Shown: piece after piece, positions 49,035-58,869 of the stretch | Numbering within the stretch: position 1 is the first letter of the stretch | How the letters are laid out: the number at the start of each line of letters is the position of its first letter | Origin: a virus | Virus record (IMG/VR): IMGVR_UViG_3300034071_001262 | Direction: 5' to 3' (one strand) | Length of the DNA: 64,000 nucleotides | Position numbers and translations under genes: made by a program | Notes under the pieces: model-generated | The model's database searches: none | Told to the model about the DNA's origin: nothing | What the model saw: only the letters and a program-made list of their open reading frames with translations

Positions 49035-49994
49035 TTATATTGCTTTAACTTGAGTTCTACAGCGACTAGTACCCATATATAGACCCGGAGAAAGTTGCGT
49101 GATCGCGCTACCTTTAGAGTCATAAATATAACATTGTCTATAGAAAAAATTATCTATTAAATTAGGATACATTCCGCTTGGCACTGCGTTCGTATTTAAT
49201 TCATTTCTATAATTAAATGGAAATGTTCCAGATATAGCAACAGATGTGGGGTTAAATAAATGTATAGTTCTATCATTTTGATATAAAATACTATCCATAA
49301 TATTCATACACTCCCAATGATTTTCTGTGAGTACATAAAATACTATGTCATTATTAACCCATTGACCACCACCCAATTGATAGCCTTGCAGCGATTGTGG
49401 AGTTAATACTTCTACAGCTATTGTTGGTAATTGTACTCTAGTTTCCCCCAACTGCGCCCATCCACCAGAATTACTGACTTGAAAGCCATCGTCGTTTCTA
49501 AATGAGCCAAGTTGAATTTCTCTAAAAAATGGTATACCTTGCGCTGGAACCACCTCTACCCACTTATGTGAATATTCTAACTGTACATTACTTGTAGTAG
49601 AAATAGCTGTATTAAATATTATTTTACCATTTGTATAATCTATATAATATGGCTTAGATACATTACCAGTAGCATAAAAGGTGTTATTAATAAATAAACC
49701 AGAAATTGAAATTGGTTGCTGTGTGGTGGCAGATATTCCACTTTCCCAAACCCAATTTTTTCTATATGCCTCCCACACTTTGCCATCACTATAGTTGGGA
49801 TCATCAACCGGTCTTAATTTATGCCTATTGCCACCATATATGCCAGAATGTGGGATCTTAATATTAAAAAATGAGCCACGATCTAAAAATCCCCAATCAT
49901 AAAAATAAACAAAGTTATCTAATAAGATATTAGACAGTGTGGAGTCTTGTGCATTGTTTAAATTAGCTAATTTGGTATGAGGACCACCAGCCAT
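49035..49994 (-). CDS. Putative tail terminator/completion protein
   Basis: Immediately upstream of the tube gene; QLPTIAVE motif reminiscent of tail terminators; call rests on synteny. Confidence 0.5.
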   Translation of the reverse strand: MAGGPHTKLANLNNAQDSTLSNILLDNFVYFYDWGFLDRGSFFNIKIPHSGIYGGNRHKLRPVDDPNYSDGKVWEAYRKNWVWESGISATTQQPISISGLFINNTFYATGNVSKPYYIDYTNGKIIFNTAISTTSNVQLEYSHKWVEVVPAQGIPFFREIQLGSFRNDDGFQVSNSGGWAQLGETRVQLPTIAVEVLTPQSLQGYQLGGGQWVNNDIVFYVLTENHWECMNIMDSILYQNDRTIHLFNPTSVAISGTFPFNYRNELNTNAVPSGMYPNLIDNFFYRQCYIYDSKGSAITQLSPGLYMGTSRCRTQVKAI

Positions 49995-50602
49995 TATAAT
50001 ACCCTCTTAATACTTTGTAAAATAGCCTGTTCATTTCGCTTTAAAGCTCTAGTAATAAAATTATCATCAACAGTTCCAGAAAAAGCGCTATTTACTTTAA
50101 ATGGCCCACCTCTAGTCATTTTTGCTAAACCGGTTCTTCCATATGGGCCATATTCTACTTTTGAATTAACAATAATAACAGTATCCCCAAACGTTAATAA
50201 CCACTCCAGCCAAGGTAATGATCCATTAATAATTTTTTGATTAGCTTGTGGCAAATTAAATAAATTACTATAGTTATTTGGTTGCATGGTGATCAAAAAA
50301 CCACCCGTCATTTTATTTGAATTAGTAATCACTTTTTGAGTTTTAAGATTTAATGTTGATACAATACTATCAACTATAACACTAACTGGACTAGATGTTA
50401 ATCCAAAATCTGCTTTCAATAAGCCACCCTCTACAGATTGCATTTCTGGACTAGATGTTATAGCAGAAACAATGGTTGGTTTTAACGAATTCAATACTTT
50501 GCTACTAGCATCATTTAGATATTTTTGAACTGCTGCCCCATATGCGGCATGTATTCTTTTTGCAATCTGTGTATCTGTTTCAGCAATGTTAATTCTAACC
50601 AT
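49994..50602 (-). CDS. Putative neck/tail-completion protein
   Basis: Synteny between head closure and terminator; LPWLEWL and C-terminal NFITRAL helix as in HK97 gp10-like proteins. Confidence 0.45.
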   Translation of the reverse strand: MVRINIAETDTQIAKRIHAAYGAAVQKYLNDASSKVLNSLKPTIVSAITSSPEMQSVEGGLLKADFGLTSSPVSVIVDSIVSTLNLKTQKVITNSNKMTGGFLITMQPNNYSNLFNLPQANQKIINGSLPWLEWLLTFGDTVIIVNSKVEYGPYGRTGLAKMTRGGPFKVNSAFSGTVDDNFITRALKRNEQAILQSIKRVL

Positions 50603-51107
50603 TGATTCGCTTCCAAAAAGTTACTACATATTTAGTATTATTTTGTTTAAAGCCCTGTGGAAAAGATGGCCCAGTTCTTTGATATTTAGATTTATCGTAC
50701 TTTTCTATTCCATCATAATTTGGTATAAGGTATTTACATTTTTCTATCTTTGGTAAATCTACCATATAAGCAATAGTCTGAATAGACCCATCTGGTACGT
50801 CTAGAGGAAATCCAACATTAACCCAAAATCTTTTATCCCAATATATTCTTAGTACAATTTCGTCTGTTGATTCCACAGCTTTAAAGCCTTGTCCATTGCA
50901 ATATGGGCATGGCATACCGCGCTCAAATGGATATGGTCCATTAGCAACATATACGCTAACTGATCGTGTTTTAGTTCCTAATGTATCAGAACGGCAATTT
51001 GGACAATCTTCTTTTTTTTCTGGATATACCAATGTGGCTGTTCTAGTAAATAATAATACAGCTTCATTATATGTATCAAATACTGAACTTGGTATATTTA
51101 TTGCCAT
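50595..51107 (-). CDS. Putative head-closure (stopper) protein with CxxC/CxxC Zn finger
   Basis: CPNC...CPYCNGQG; synteny in the neck module. Confidence 0.5.
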   Translation of the reverse strand: MAINIPSSVFDTYNEAVLLFTRTATLVYPEKKEDCPNCRSDTLGTKTRSVSVYVANGPYPFERGMPCPYCNGQGFKAVESTDEIVLRIYWDKRFWVNVGFPLDVPDGSIQTIAYMVDLPKIEKCKYLIPNYDGIEKYDKSKYQRTGPSFPQGFKQNNTKYVVTFWKRING

Positions 51108-51109
51108 AA

Positions 51110-51244
51110 TTACCCGTTTTCATTTGTTAAATCGGCTATTTCTGTTTCACCTACTTTGATAATTTTGAGTAAAACTTCTCCAAACGCAATAGAGACAACT
51201 GGCTGTGGACCAATATATATTGTAGATTCTGGTATAAATGTCAT
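51110..51244 (-). CDS. Small 44-aa protein not in the supplied ORF track
   Basis: ATG 51244 to TAA 51110: MTFIPESTIYIGPQPVVSIAFGEVLLKIIKVGETEIADLTNENG; GGTGAT RBS; fills the gap between neighbours. Confidence 0.6.
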   Translation of the reverse strand: MTFIPESTIYIGPQPVVSIAFGEVLLKIIKVGETEIADLTNENG

Positions 51245-51265
51245 ATATCACCATATATCACCATT

Positions 51266-51547
51266 TCAATAAACAAAATATATGGTATTAGGATCATATG
51301 ATCCTAACGCGCTATAATTACCAGAAGAAATAGATACAATGTTGTATATTCCGCTTGCTCCAGTGATACCAGTAGTATCTGATTTAATTATTGCTGGCAA
51401 AGCAGTCCATGCTGTGGAATTATCTCCAATTTTGAGCATCTTAGTATCCATAGCAAATATTGGTTCACCACTTGCCAATATAGGATTATTGGCTACTAAA
51501 TTAGTACTAGTGTCTCTTCTTAATCTAATCTTTGGTGGGCGACTCAT
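51266..51547 (-). CDS. Mini fibre-like protein: Mtd-N/hyaluronidase-N-like domain plus 'DPNTIY' C-terminal motif
   Basis: IRLRRDT......NPILASGEP....DT...KIGD..TAW..LP is the Mtd N-terminal-like motif; ends YSALGSYDPNTIYFV. Confidence 0.7.
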   Translation of the reverse strand: MSRPPKIRLRRDTSTNLVANNPILASGEPIFAMDTKMLKIGDNSTAWTALPAIIKSDTTGITGASGIYNIVSISSGNYSALGSYDPNTIYFVY

Positions 51548-51801
51548 CCTACCCCTCCATCTACACCAAAGTAATATGCAACATCATCGAATCTAGTATC
51601 TAGTTTATTATTTATTACACTAACTGTTTGATCTAGTTGGCTTGCTTCGTATGGTGGAAATGGTGATACTATATTTTTATTAGCAATATCTGAAATGGGA
51701 TTATTGCTAGAGTATAAACCTTTTGCGCCAGCTATACTAACTACACCCTTTCCACCAGATGGTTGAGAGTTAGCAGAAACAATTTTCTGACATATTGCCA
51801 T
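51544..51801 (-). CDS. Hypothetical virion-module protein
   Basis: 85-aa ORF with AGGAG RBS; ends in a DGG motif often seen just before Mtd-N domains. Confidence 0.5.
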   Translation of the reverse strand: MAICQKIVSANSQPSGGKGVVSIAGAKGLYSSNNPISDIANKNIVSPFPPYEASQLDQTVSVINNKLDTRFDDVAYYFGVDGGVG

Positions 51802-51810
51802 AATAATCTC

Positions 51811-52311
51811 CTATTGAAAAACATTACCTCTATAATCGAATTGATTTGCGCCAAGTATCATACTGCCGGGACTATATGGACCAAGAATAGCTTGACCAAC
51901 AAGTGTATTGTTGTATCGATAATCGGTTAACATATCTTCATATTTTTTGCAAAGATCGTTATACAAAACTATTAAGCTCTGTGTAACGCCTCTTAAATCA
52001 ATAGCCGATGGCCCATCTTTAATAGATATAGAATTGGCTGATTCTGTTTTAACTTCACTACCAACTAATATACATGCAGATTTATATACTGTCATTATAG
52101 AGAAATCATAATCATTAATCTCTATCGGATCTGGACTTATTGAAACCGATCCTATATCTATGGTATATTCATTTACAAAATCAGCATCATTTAATACATT
52201 AAAAGCTCCGATGACTAGAATCTGTTTTAATCTTTCGTCAGTAAATTTTGCGGCGTCAAGATCTCCTATAATAGATCTTAACATTAAAACTAAATCTAGT
52301 TTCCATGACAT
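51811..52311 (-). CDS. Putative head-tail adaptor
   Basis: LRSIIGD....KFTDERL is a gp15/gp6-like N-terminus; SIKDG.S.ID hairpin; neck position. Confidence 0.65.
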   Translation of the reverse strand: MSWKLDLVLMLRSIIGDLDAAKFTDERLKQILVIGAFNVLNDADFVNEYTIDIGSVSISPDPIEINDYDFSIMTVYKSACILVGSEVKTESANSISIKDGPSAIDLRGVTQSLIVLYNDLCKKYEDMLTDYRYNNTLVGQAILGPYSPGSMILGANQFDYRGNVFQ

Positions 52312-52322
52312 TTATTGACCCC

Positions 52323-52649
52323 TTATAAATTTTCGAACACTCTAAAAGTTCCAGTATTTGTTTTATGTGATCCATTTGGTGTTACTACATAAGCCTGTAT
52401 AGACCATGTACCAGCAACATTTAGATCTCCATTTACAGTAACATATTGAATTTGACCATCTGTTCCAGTATTGGTGAAATTTGCATTTTTGGTATAAGTA
52501 GTACCATCTGGTCTTTTAAATGTAAAGGTCAAAGAAGTTGCAGCACTAATATCAGCAATTTCAGTAGTACCAGTTGACGTAGTATCGTAAACGGTCACAC
52601 GAAAAATTGTACCGATATCATTAATATGTGCTTCTTCTACAAATGCCAT
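52323..52649 (-). CDS. BppU N-terminal-like Ig-fold virion protein
   Basis: DIGT.FRVTV.D....DIS.A....FKRPDG...DGQIQY....DL.VAGTW..QA.V. Confidence 0.65.
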   Translation of the reverse strand: MAFVEEAHINDIGTIFRVTVYDTTSTGTTEIADISAATSLTFTFKRPDGTTYTKNANFTNTGTDGQIQYVTVNGDLNVAGTWSIQAYVVTPNGSHKTNTGTFRVFENL

Positions 52650-52671
52650 TTTTTTTGCCTCCGTAGAATAC

Positions 52672-52678
52672 TACACAA
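52672..52678 (-). promoter_or_regulatory. TTGTGTA motif, candidate late promoter
   Basis: Intergenic, ~23 nt upstream of the 52649 start and just before its GGAGG RBS. Confidence 0.55.
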
Positions 52679-52843
52679 TTATTTTTCAACTTCTTTATTT
52701 GTATTAGCAGTATCTACTAAAGATTTTAATTTCTCATAAAGTTGACCAACTGGAGCTAAATCAGCACCTTTAAAGACACCTCTTTGTGTTGCCATATCTA
52801 TTATGGCTAATAGATTAGTAATATCTGTTTGATTCAATTCCAT
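52679..52843 (-). CDS. Small 54-aa helical protein not in the supplied ORF track
   Basis: ATG 52843 to TAA 52679: MELNQTDITNLLAIIDMATQRGVFKGADLAPVGQLYEKLKSLVDTANTNKEVEK; AGGAG RBS. Confidence 0.75.
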   Translation of the reverse strand: MELNQTDITNLLAIIDMATQRGVFKGADLAPVGQLYEKLKSLVDTANTNKEVEK

Positions 52844-52857
52844 AATTTTCTCCTAAT

Positions 52858-53190
52858 TTAATCTTCTGAAGGTGTTGGCGATTCGGCTACAATACCCTTT
52901 TCGATACCAACCTTCTGTATATATAATAGTAACGATTGAATGATATTTGCAAGATCATTATCTTCTACGCTTTTTGCAAGGATGCCCTCAATATTCATCC
53001 ATATACCATTATTGCCCGGTTCTAACTCTGGAACACCATCAAAAACACCAAATTTGACCATTCTAACAGAGCATGTGGCATCTTGGGCCGGATGAGGCGC
53101 ACTAATCATCACATCTTGAATCCACAATTTATCGTAGGTTTTTGCTGGAATTACGCTTGGCTCTACTGGTGCTAATACTGGTAAACTCAT
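52858..53190 (-). CDS. Hypothetical protein in the fibre module
   Basis: 110-aa ORF with GAGGAG RBS. Confidence 0.55.
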   Translation of the reverse strand: MSLPVLAPVEPSVIPAKTYDKLWIQDVMISAPHPAQDATCSVRMVKFGVFDGVPELEPGNNGIWMNIEGILAKSVEDNDLANIIQSLLLYIQKVGIEKGIVAESPTPSED

Positions 53191-53194
53191 AAAA

Positions 53195-53767
53195 TTACTC
53201 CTCTATAAAATTTGGTGGAATAGTTACTTCTTTTAAATCATCTGTATTTTCTGCGTTTTCTATTCGCGGGTCTTGTATAATATCTCTTAGAAATTCTTTT
53301 TTCTTAACAATTTTTTGTATAGTTTCTGTTTGTCCTCGCTCTAGCGCTCTAATATACTGAACATCAAGAGTTTCTAGTAGTGGTTTTCTTTGTTCTCTTA
53401 GTTTATTTTTCCAAATATTTTTAGCTATATCTATATTTATAGATATTTTTTTTATCTTAGGTTTTTCGAATTGTATGAGAGCATCTCTATAAAAAGTTGT
53501 ATTATTATTTTTTTCTTCTATTAATTCTTCTAATGTTTTATCTGATCCGTATCCATCTGGATTATTAAAGTCACAACTCCAAGATTCAAAAAAATCAAAT
53601 TCTTTATTAAAAAAACTAATATCATCTAAATTAGTATCTATATAAAAAAATGGAATATTTTTTTCTATTCTATACATTCCAAAAATTATAGGATCTATAT
53701 TTTCTATTGGTACAATAAATTTTTGTGCTATATGATTTTCATATGGATATATAAAAAATTTTGACAT
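53195..53767 (-). CDS. Fibre assembly chaperone-like protein
   Basis: C-terminal AKNIWKNKLREQRKPLLETLDVQYIRALE...KKEFLRDI is the R..R..LL...D....LRD pattern of Tfa-like chaperones; directly after the fibre gene. Confidence 0.65.
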   Translation of the reverse strand: MSKFFIYPYENHIAQKFIVPIENIDPIIFGMYRIEKNIPFFYIDTNLDDISFFNKEFDFFESWSCDFNNPDGYGSDKTLEELIEEKNNNTTFYRDALIQFEKPKIKKISINIDIAKNIWKNKLREQRKPLLETLDVQYIRALERGQTETIQKIVKKKEFLRDIIQDPRIENAENTDDLKEVTIPPNFIEE

Positions 53768-53781
53768 AATAATCTCCTAAT

Positions 53782-56700
53782 TTACCATGCTAATATTAAA
53801 TCTATTATATTGCCATTAATAGGACTTCCTGCTGAATTTATGGCATAACAGTAAAATCCCCATGTATATTTTTGTGTTCCATCTATATATACTGTTCTAA
53901 AACCAGTTGATGCCACAGCGTATTGAGCGTGTGGCGCATCTTGATCTATATAAATTATATATTGTCCAGTACCTATACGATCCACTGTTACAATATTATA
54001 ACTATTTGCTGGATTATTAATTGGGTCTGTTGCTGAATCACCAGCAAAAGATACATAGGCTTTAACAGAAACTCCGGGTGTAGTTTTGCCTACATCTGCG
54101 GAAAGTCTTGTAGCACTTGCACAACTACCAGTAATGCTGATTCCCCATGTTCCACTAGCATTGCCTCCTGTAAGAGTAGGAGCATAACTATTATAGTTAC
54201 TGCTATCAAGTACAGTGGCTATTGTACCACCACCGTAGGTTTGTTTACTAATGTAGAATGCTCCACCGGCCCAATACCACTGCCAACCAACTCCATTAAT
54301 ATGGATGCCTGTATTATTAGAATTAATCATTAAACTAGCATTATATGGACTTCCAGAATATGAATCAAATTCTAAACCAGCCCAGCCATTTCTTGTTCCT
54401 GCTATTCTCCAAGGCCCATAACTAGCATTATTAGGATAAAAATGCGCCCCATTTAATGCAGAATACAATCCACTATAATTCGTAAATTCTATCCATTCTC
54501 TACTATAATTTCTACCAGTTGTATCCCAACCAATAGCATTTACTCTATTGAGATTAGAAGTACTATCTGGATCTAAATAATATCCCGTATTATTACTATC
54601 ATAAAATATTGGCGCTCTAACACTAGCATTAGATTGTACAATACTAGCTGTTGTTGTTCCTCTTCCTGTAACGGTTCCTAAAGTTTCTCCACCTGCTGTT
54701 CCAGAACAGTTTCCACTCAATGTAGCAGTAATTGTTCCGGCGCTAAAATTACCAGAAGCATCACGCGCCACAATTGTTGAACCGGTATTTGCGCTCGTAG
54801 CATTAGAAGTTACTGTAAAAGTAGTATTTCCACTTTGATTAGCGGTAAAAGAAGCTGATCCACTCAAACCGGTTCCAGAAACATTCAAAGTGAGTGTTCC
54901 ATTACCAACATCTGTAATTCCATAACCAGATATTGTTGTAGGATTAGTTCCACCAGTAATTCTACCCTTCGCATCTACTGTAACACTTCTATATGTTCCA
55001 GCAACTACCGTAGTATTGGTTAGTGTAGGATTAGGATATGTTCCAGTTAAATCACCGCCAGCAGCTCCTGTTGGAGCGCGAGAATCACTTAGTCTACTAT
55101 CATTTCCTTGACAAAAAGTATTGGCAGTAGTGCCGAATGAACCAACAGTAATAGCGCCCCCTGTGGTTGTTATCAAAGGCAAATTAGCCGTAGAACCTAT
55201 GGCTCCAGCATTTGTTATATTACCGTGAACATGACTAGAAGAACTTTTACCATCAATCTGAGTTTGGATTGCACTTGTTACGCCTTTTACATAAGTTAAT
55301 TCTGTAAGACTAGGATAAGTTGCTGTACTTAAAGATATAATATTTTTATTACTATCAAAACTTGCTATGGTACTAGCCGTTTGACCACTTAGATTCAATG
55401 CAGCAGTAAATAGTCCATTGCCAACAACATGCAATTTGGCAGATGGAGTACTGGTTCCTATTCCAACATTCCCAGCAGAGGTTATTCTAGCCACTTCCGT
55501 TAAAGAACCGCCAGTACCAGTTGGTGTTGTTCTAATCTGTATATCTGTTCCGTGATTTGTAGATGACCAGTTTTCTGCTGCTCTAAAATTAATTGTGCTT
55601 CCAGCAAAATTTAATGAACCGTCATATCCATAAGCCCCTATGCCAGCAATAGAATTACCGCTAGATGGCGTTGATGTTATTCCTATGGCGATACCGGGAG
55701 TGGCTGATCTAGAAACTTGCAATCCATCTGATGAACTAAATGATGTTGACCCAACTAATAAAATACCACTAGTGTTATTAAAAGATAGATCACTTTCAGC
55801 ATTAATACCAGTAGTTGTTCCATCGCTAGTTAATAATCTATTATCACCATAATTTGAAATAACGGTTCCACCACTAACGCCGGTATGTGCTATTGTTAAA
55901 GTATTAGCATTATCATCATAACTAATATTAATACCACTAGTTCCAACTAATAAATTGTTTACTCTGTCATCAACAGCTTCATTCCAATTAGTAATATCGG
56001 TATTTAAATGAGTATGACCAGATAAACTTACTCCAGTATTGTTAACGCTTAATGATGTAAAGTTACCACTAGTAGCAGATAATAGTCCATTATTAATGGT
56101 TAATCCATTTGTAAATGTATGATTAGCACTAATAGTTCTGGCTTCATTTATATGAACATATTGAGCATGATCATCGTCACCCAAGCCGAATAAATTACCG
56201 TGATCATTTTGTGGTACACCATAAGTAGTTGTAAGAACGCTTCGTCTTAAGTCTAATATGCTTTGTAAACTACTTTTTGGAGTATTGGTAAAAGTATTAT
56301 TTGTTAAGAAAATTAATCTGTATAATGGTCGTAGCTCATTTGTTGGAATATTTGTTAAATCAATGTCGGTCCAGTTATTATGATTTTCCGCACTACCCAA
56401 GCTGCTATCTTCTCTTTGTCCCATAATTGACAATATAGGATCATTAATATCATTTGTGGCAACAAGCCACATTGCAAAATATCTATTATTTGGAACATTA
56501 ATAACTGACCAAGTTCCACCAGAATATAAATTATATAATGCCCTTGTAGCATCGTATTTAACTGGATATGGTGTTGAAGAATCTCTTACCCACTGACCAG
56601 TAACACCACTATGATAATATACTGGAAAGTATCCAGTTGGATATAATTGTTGGGTAAATTCAACACCGTTGTCGCCGTCCATTATATTAATAACTATATC

Positions 56701-57708
56701 TTCTTGGTATAGAGTACCATCGCTAACACTTATTTGCGCATGACTATTTGAACTACCATTGCCTAATAAAACATAATTACCAATACTGAGGCCGTTGATA
56801 TATTGCATACCAAAAGTATTGTGAATCCACTTATGAGTGGAACTATCCATTCTTATACCATGACGTTCTTCTCCAAAAAACGTACTTTGGTTAATATTAG
56901 CATTCCAATGAATATAGGCAATTGGTACATCTGTATCAAAATTAAATTCTGTAGTTTTATTGTGTAGTTGCTTAGTTGCTACATCAAAATGTAAATAATT
57001 TAATGCTGTACCACTACCAATGACAACTGTCTCAGGTGCTGTCTTAGTAAATTTTACTCCCTCGATATAAACATCATAACTAGAACCACTTGGTTGAATG
57101 GTAAAAGTTCTAGTAGAGTCATTAAAACTTAAAATACTATCAAGTCTATTAACAAATCCTTGAGGCTCAAGACTTAATTCGTTAATCTCAGTATGAAGAT
57201 TATTTATTATCAAAGCATTTCCGCTATCATTATATGATAATTGAACGCCGGTTCCTTCTATTAATAAATTATTAACTCTATCATCTACGGCTTCAGAAAA
57301 ATCAATAATATCAGAAGACATATGCATATGACCACTAAAACTTACGCTGACGCCACTAATATTTAAATTATCAAAATTACCATTTTCAATATAGCAATTT
57401 CTAAACTTTAAATTAGAAGCACCTATATCATAGACTCCACTCATTAGTGGCAAGAAATGACCATCGGAAGATATTTTTAATACACCAGTAGCGGGATATG
57501 GATCAGCTGATGATACGCCAAAAACTAATCCAGCTGGATTTGAGCCACTACTAAATGGACCCTCTGCTTCAGAGTTAATAAATGAAGAAATATAAGTTGC
57601 TGAATATCCATCAGATTCTGCTGGAACAGCAAAATTTACTCTTCCTATAATATCTCCACTAGTAATTATACTATCACCAGCAGCATTTTGTAATGTTAAG
57701 CTATACAT
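53782..57708 (-). CDS. Long mosaic fibre protein (1308 aa)
   Basis: HxH motifs (GHMH, GHTH, SHVH), HGNL.GL.DDDH.QY, GNVGIGTSTPSAKLHV, LTGTYPNPTL..VTVDAKGRIT, ARDASGNFSAG; internal duplication of 'H.H...DI....EAVDDRVNNLL'. Confidence 0.8.
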   Translation of the reverse strand: MYSLTLQNAAGDSIITSGDIIGRVNFAVPAESDGYSATYISSFINSEAEGPFSSGSNPAGLVFGVSSADPYPATGVLKISSDGHFLPLMSGVYDIGASNLKFRNCYIENGNFDNLNISGVSVSFSGHMHMSSDIIDFSEAVDDRVNNLLIEGTGVQLSYNDSGNALIINNLHTEINELSLEPQGFVNRLDSILSFNDSTRTFTIQPSGSSYDVYIEGVKFTKTAPETVVIGSGTALNYLHFDVATKQLHNKTTEFNFDTDVPIAYIHWNANINQSTFFGEERHGIRMDSSTHKWIHNTFGMQYINGLSIGNYVLLGNGSSNSHAQISVSDGTLYQEDIVINIMDGDNGVEFTQQLYPTGYFPVYYHSGVTGQWVRDSSTPYPVKYDATRALYNLYSGGTWSVINVPNNRYFAMWLVATNDINDPILSIMGQREDSSLGSAENHNNWTDIDLTNIPTNELRPLYRLIFLTNNTFTNTPKSSLQSILDLRRSVLTTTYGVPQNDHGNLFGLGDDDHAQYVHINEARTISANHTFTNGLTINNGLLSATSGNFTSLSVNNTGVSLSGHTHLNTDITNWNEAVDDRVNNLLVGTSGINISYDDNANTLTIAHTGVSGGTVISNYGDNRLLTSDGTTTGINAESDLSFNNTSGILLVGSTSFSSSDGLQVSRSATPGIAIGITSTPSSGNSIAGIGAYGYDGSLNFAGSTINFRAAENWSSTNHGTDIQIRTTPTGTGGSLTEVARITSAGNVGIGTSTPSAKLHVVGNGLFTAALNLSGQTASTIASFDSNKNIISLSTATYPSLTELTYVKGVTSAIQTQIDGKSSSSHVHGNITNAGAIGSTANLPLITTTGGAITVGSFGTTANTFCQGNDSRLSDSRAPTGAAGGDLTGTYPNPTLTNTTVVAGTYRSVTVDAKGRITGGTNPTTISGYGITDVGNGTLTLNVSGTGLSGSASFTANQSGNTTFTVTSNATSANTGSTIVARDASGNFSAGTITATLSGNCSGTAGGETLGTVTGRGTTTASIVQSNASVRAPIFYDSNNTGYYLDPDSTSNLNRVNAIGWDTTGRNYSREWIEFTNYSGLYSALNGAHFYPNNASYGPWRIAGTRNGWAGLEFDSYSGSPYNASLMINSNNTGIHINGVGWQWYWAGGAFYISKQTYGGGTIATVLDSSNYNSYAPTLTGGNASGTWGISITGSCASATRLSADVGKTTPGVSVKAYVSFAGDSATDPINNPANSYNIVTVDRIGTGQYIIYIDQDAPHAQYAVASTGFRTVYIDGTQKYTWGFYCYAINSAGSPINGNIIDLILAW

Positions 57709-57709
57709 G

Positions 57710-58849
57710 TTATATTATATACCAGTTGGCTCCGTTACTTACGACTGTTAATGTTTCATATATATGATATAGTCTAAATTCTGTAGATCCATCAATTGTA
57801 TCAGATCCAGTTCTTGAAATGATAACATTATTAGCAGAACTATCGATTCTTTTTACTACTACAATTTTACCAGCTGTATCATTTTCTGGTAAAGATAGTG
57901 TTAAATTACCAGAAGTGCAGTCAGCCAAAGTAATATCTTTATCTATAGTTTTGCTTGATGTTACTGTTTCAACTGTTCTACTTCGTTTAGATTCGGTAAT
58001 GCTATTATTTTTTACAACGCCACTTACAAAATTAGTTGCAGCAACAGTGAAATCTATTGTATCGCTATCTATAAAATAGATACCTTCACCATTATCGATT
58101 TGTTGAGATGTGGTGCCATCGGTAATAGTGAAATTACTCATAGCCAAATTAGCAAAATTAGATTTACTTATCTTTCTGAGCGATGTTCCACTAGCAACTA
58201 AGAAATAGTGATCGTCATATGCTACAGTTGCTTCAGTTTGATCTGTAATAGCATCTGCTGTTAATGCGACAGATATGTTGAGATCCGAAGAACCATCAAA
58301 CATACCAGATCCAGAAATCTGATTTGAAACTTGTATATATCTACCATTAGTTAATGATGCGGCACTCCCATCTATATCTGCTACAATTATACCCTTTGTG
58401 CCAGATACAATCTCATTAACAATCGATGCCCCAGTTACGAAAATGAATTTACTAATACTATCATCGTAACCAAAAAATCCCTTTTTGGCAGTTCCATCAT
58501 AATAATTAAAAGATATACCACGATCTTTATTGTCATCAGTAGATGGTGAACCACTACCTAACAATATAATAGGATCTTCAACAAGAACAGTAGTGGAATT
58601 TACCGTAGTTGTTGTGCCATTGACAGTTAAATTTCCATATATACTAACATCACCGTCTGAAGCAATAGTAATAGCATTGGGGGTTCCATTACTGCCCAAT
58701 GTACCATTATTTTGTAATTTAATATTTGATGCTGACAAATAACCGCCACCAATGGTAAAACTGGAATCTGATTCATATAAAGAATCTGATGACGGCGTTC
58801 CAAAATAAACTATGCCGCTTGGTATTCTAGAATAAGGCTGAAATGACAT
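57710..58849 (-). CDS. Fibre/decoration-like virion protein
   Basis: GNLTVNGTTTTVNST...VED..I.L...D.G phage fibre motif; C-terminal DCTSGN.T.SLP...IDG....NW domain. Confidence 0.65.
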   Translation of the reverse strand: MSFQPYSRIPSGIVYFGTPSSDSLYESDSSFTIGGGYLSASNIKLQNNGTLGSNGTPNAITIASDGDVSIYGNLTVNGTTTTVNSTTVLVEDPIILLGSGSPSTDDNKDRGISFNYYDGTAKKGFFGYDDSISKFIFVTGASIVNEIVSGTKGIIVADIDGSAASLTNGRYIQVSNQISGSGMFDGSSDLNISVALTADAITDQTEATVAYDDHYFLVASGTSLRKISKSNFANLAMSNFTITDGTTSQQIDNGEGIYFIDSDTIDFTVAATNFVSGVVKNNSITESKRSRTVETVTSSKTIDKDITLADCTSGNLTLSLPENDTAGKIVVVKRIDSSANNVIISRTGSDTIDGSTEFRLYHIYETLTVVSNGANWYII

Positions 58850-58869
58850 AATGCTTCCTTTATATGATA

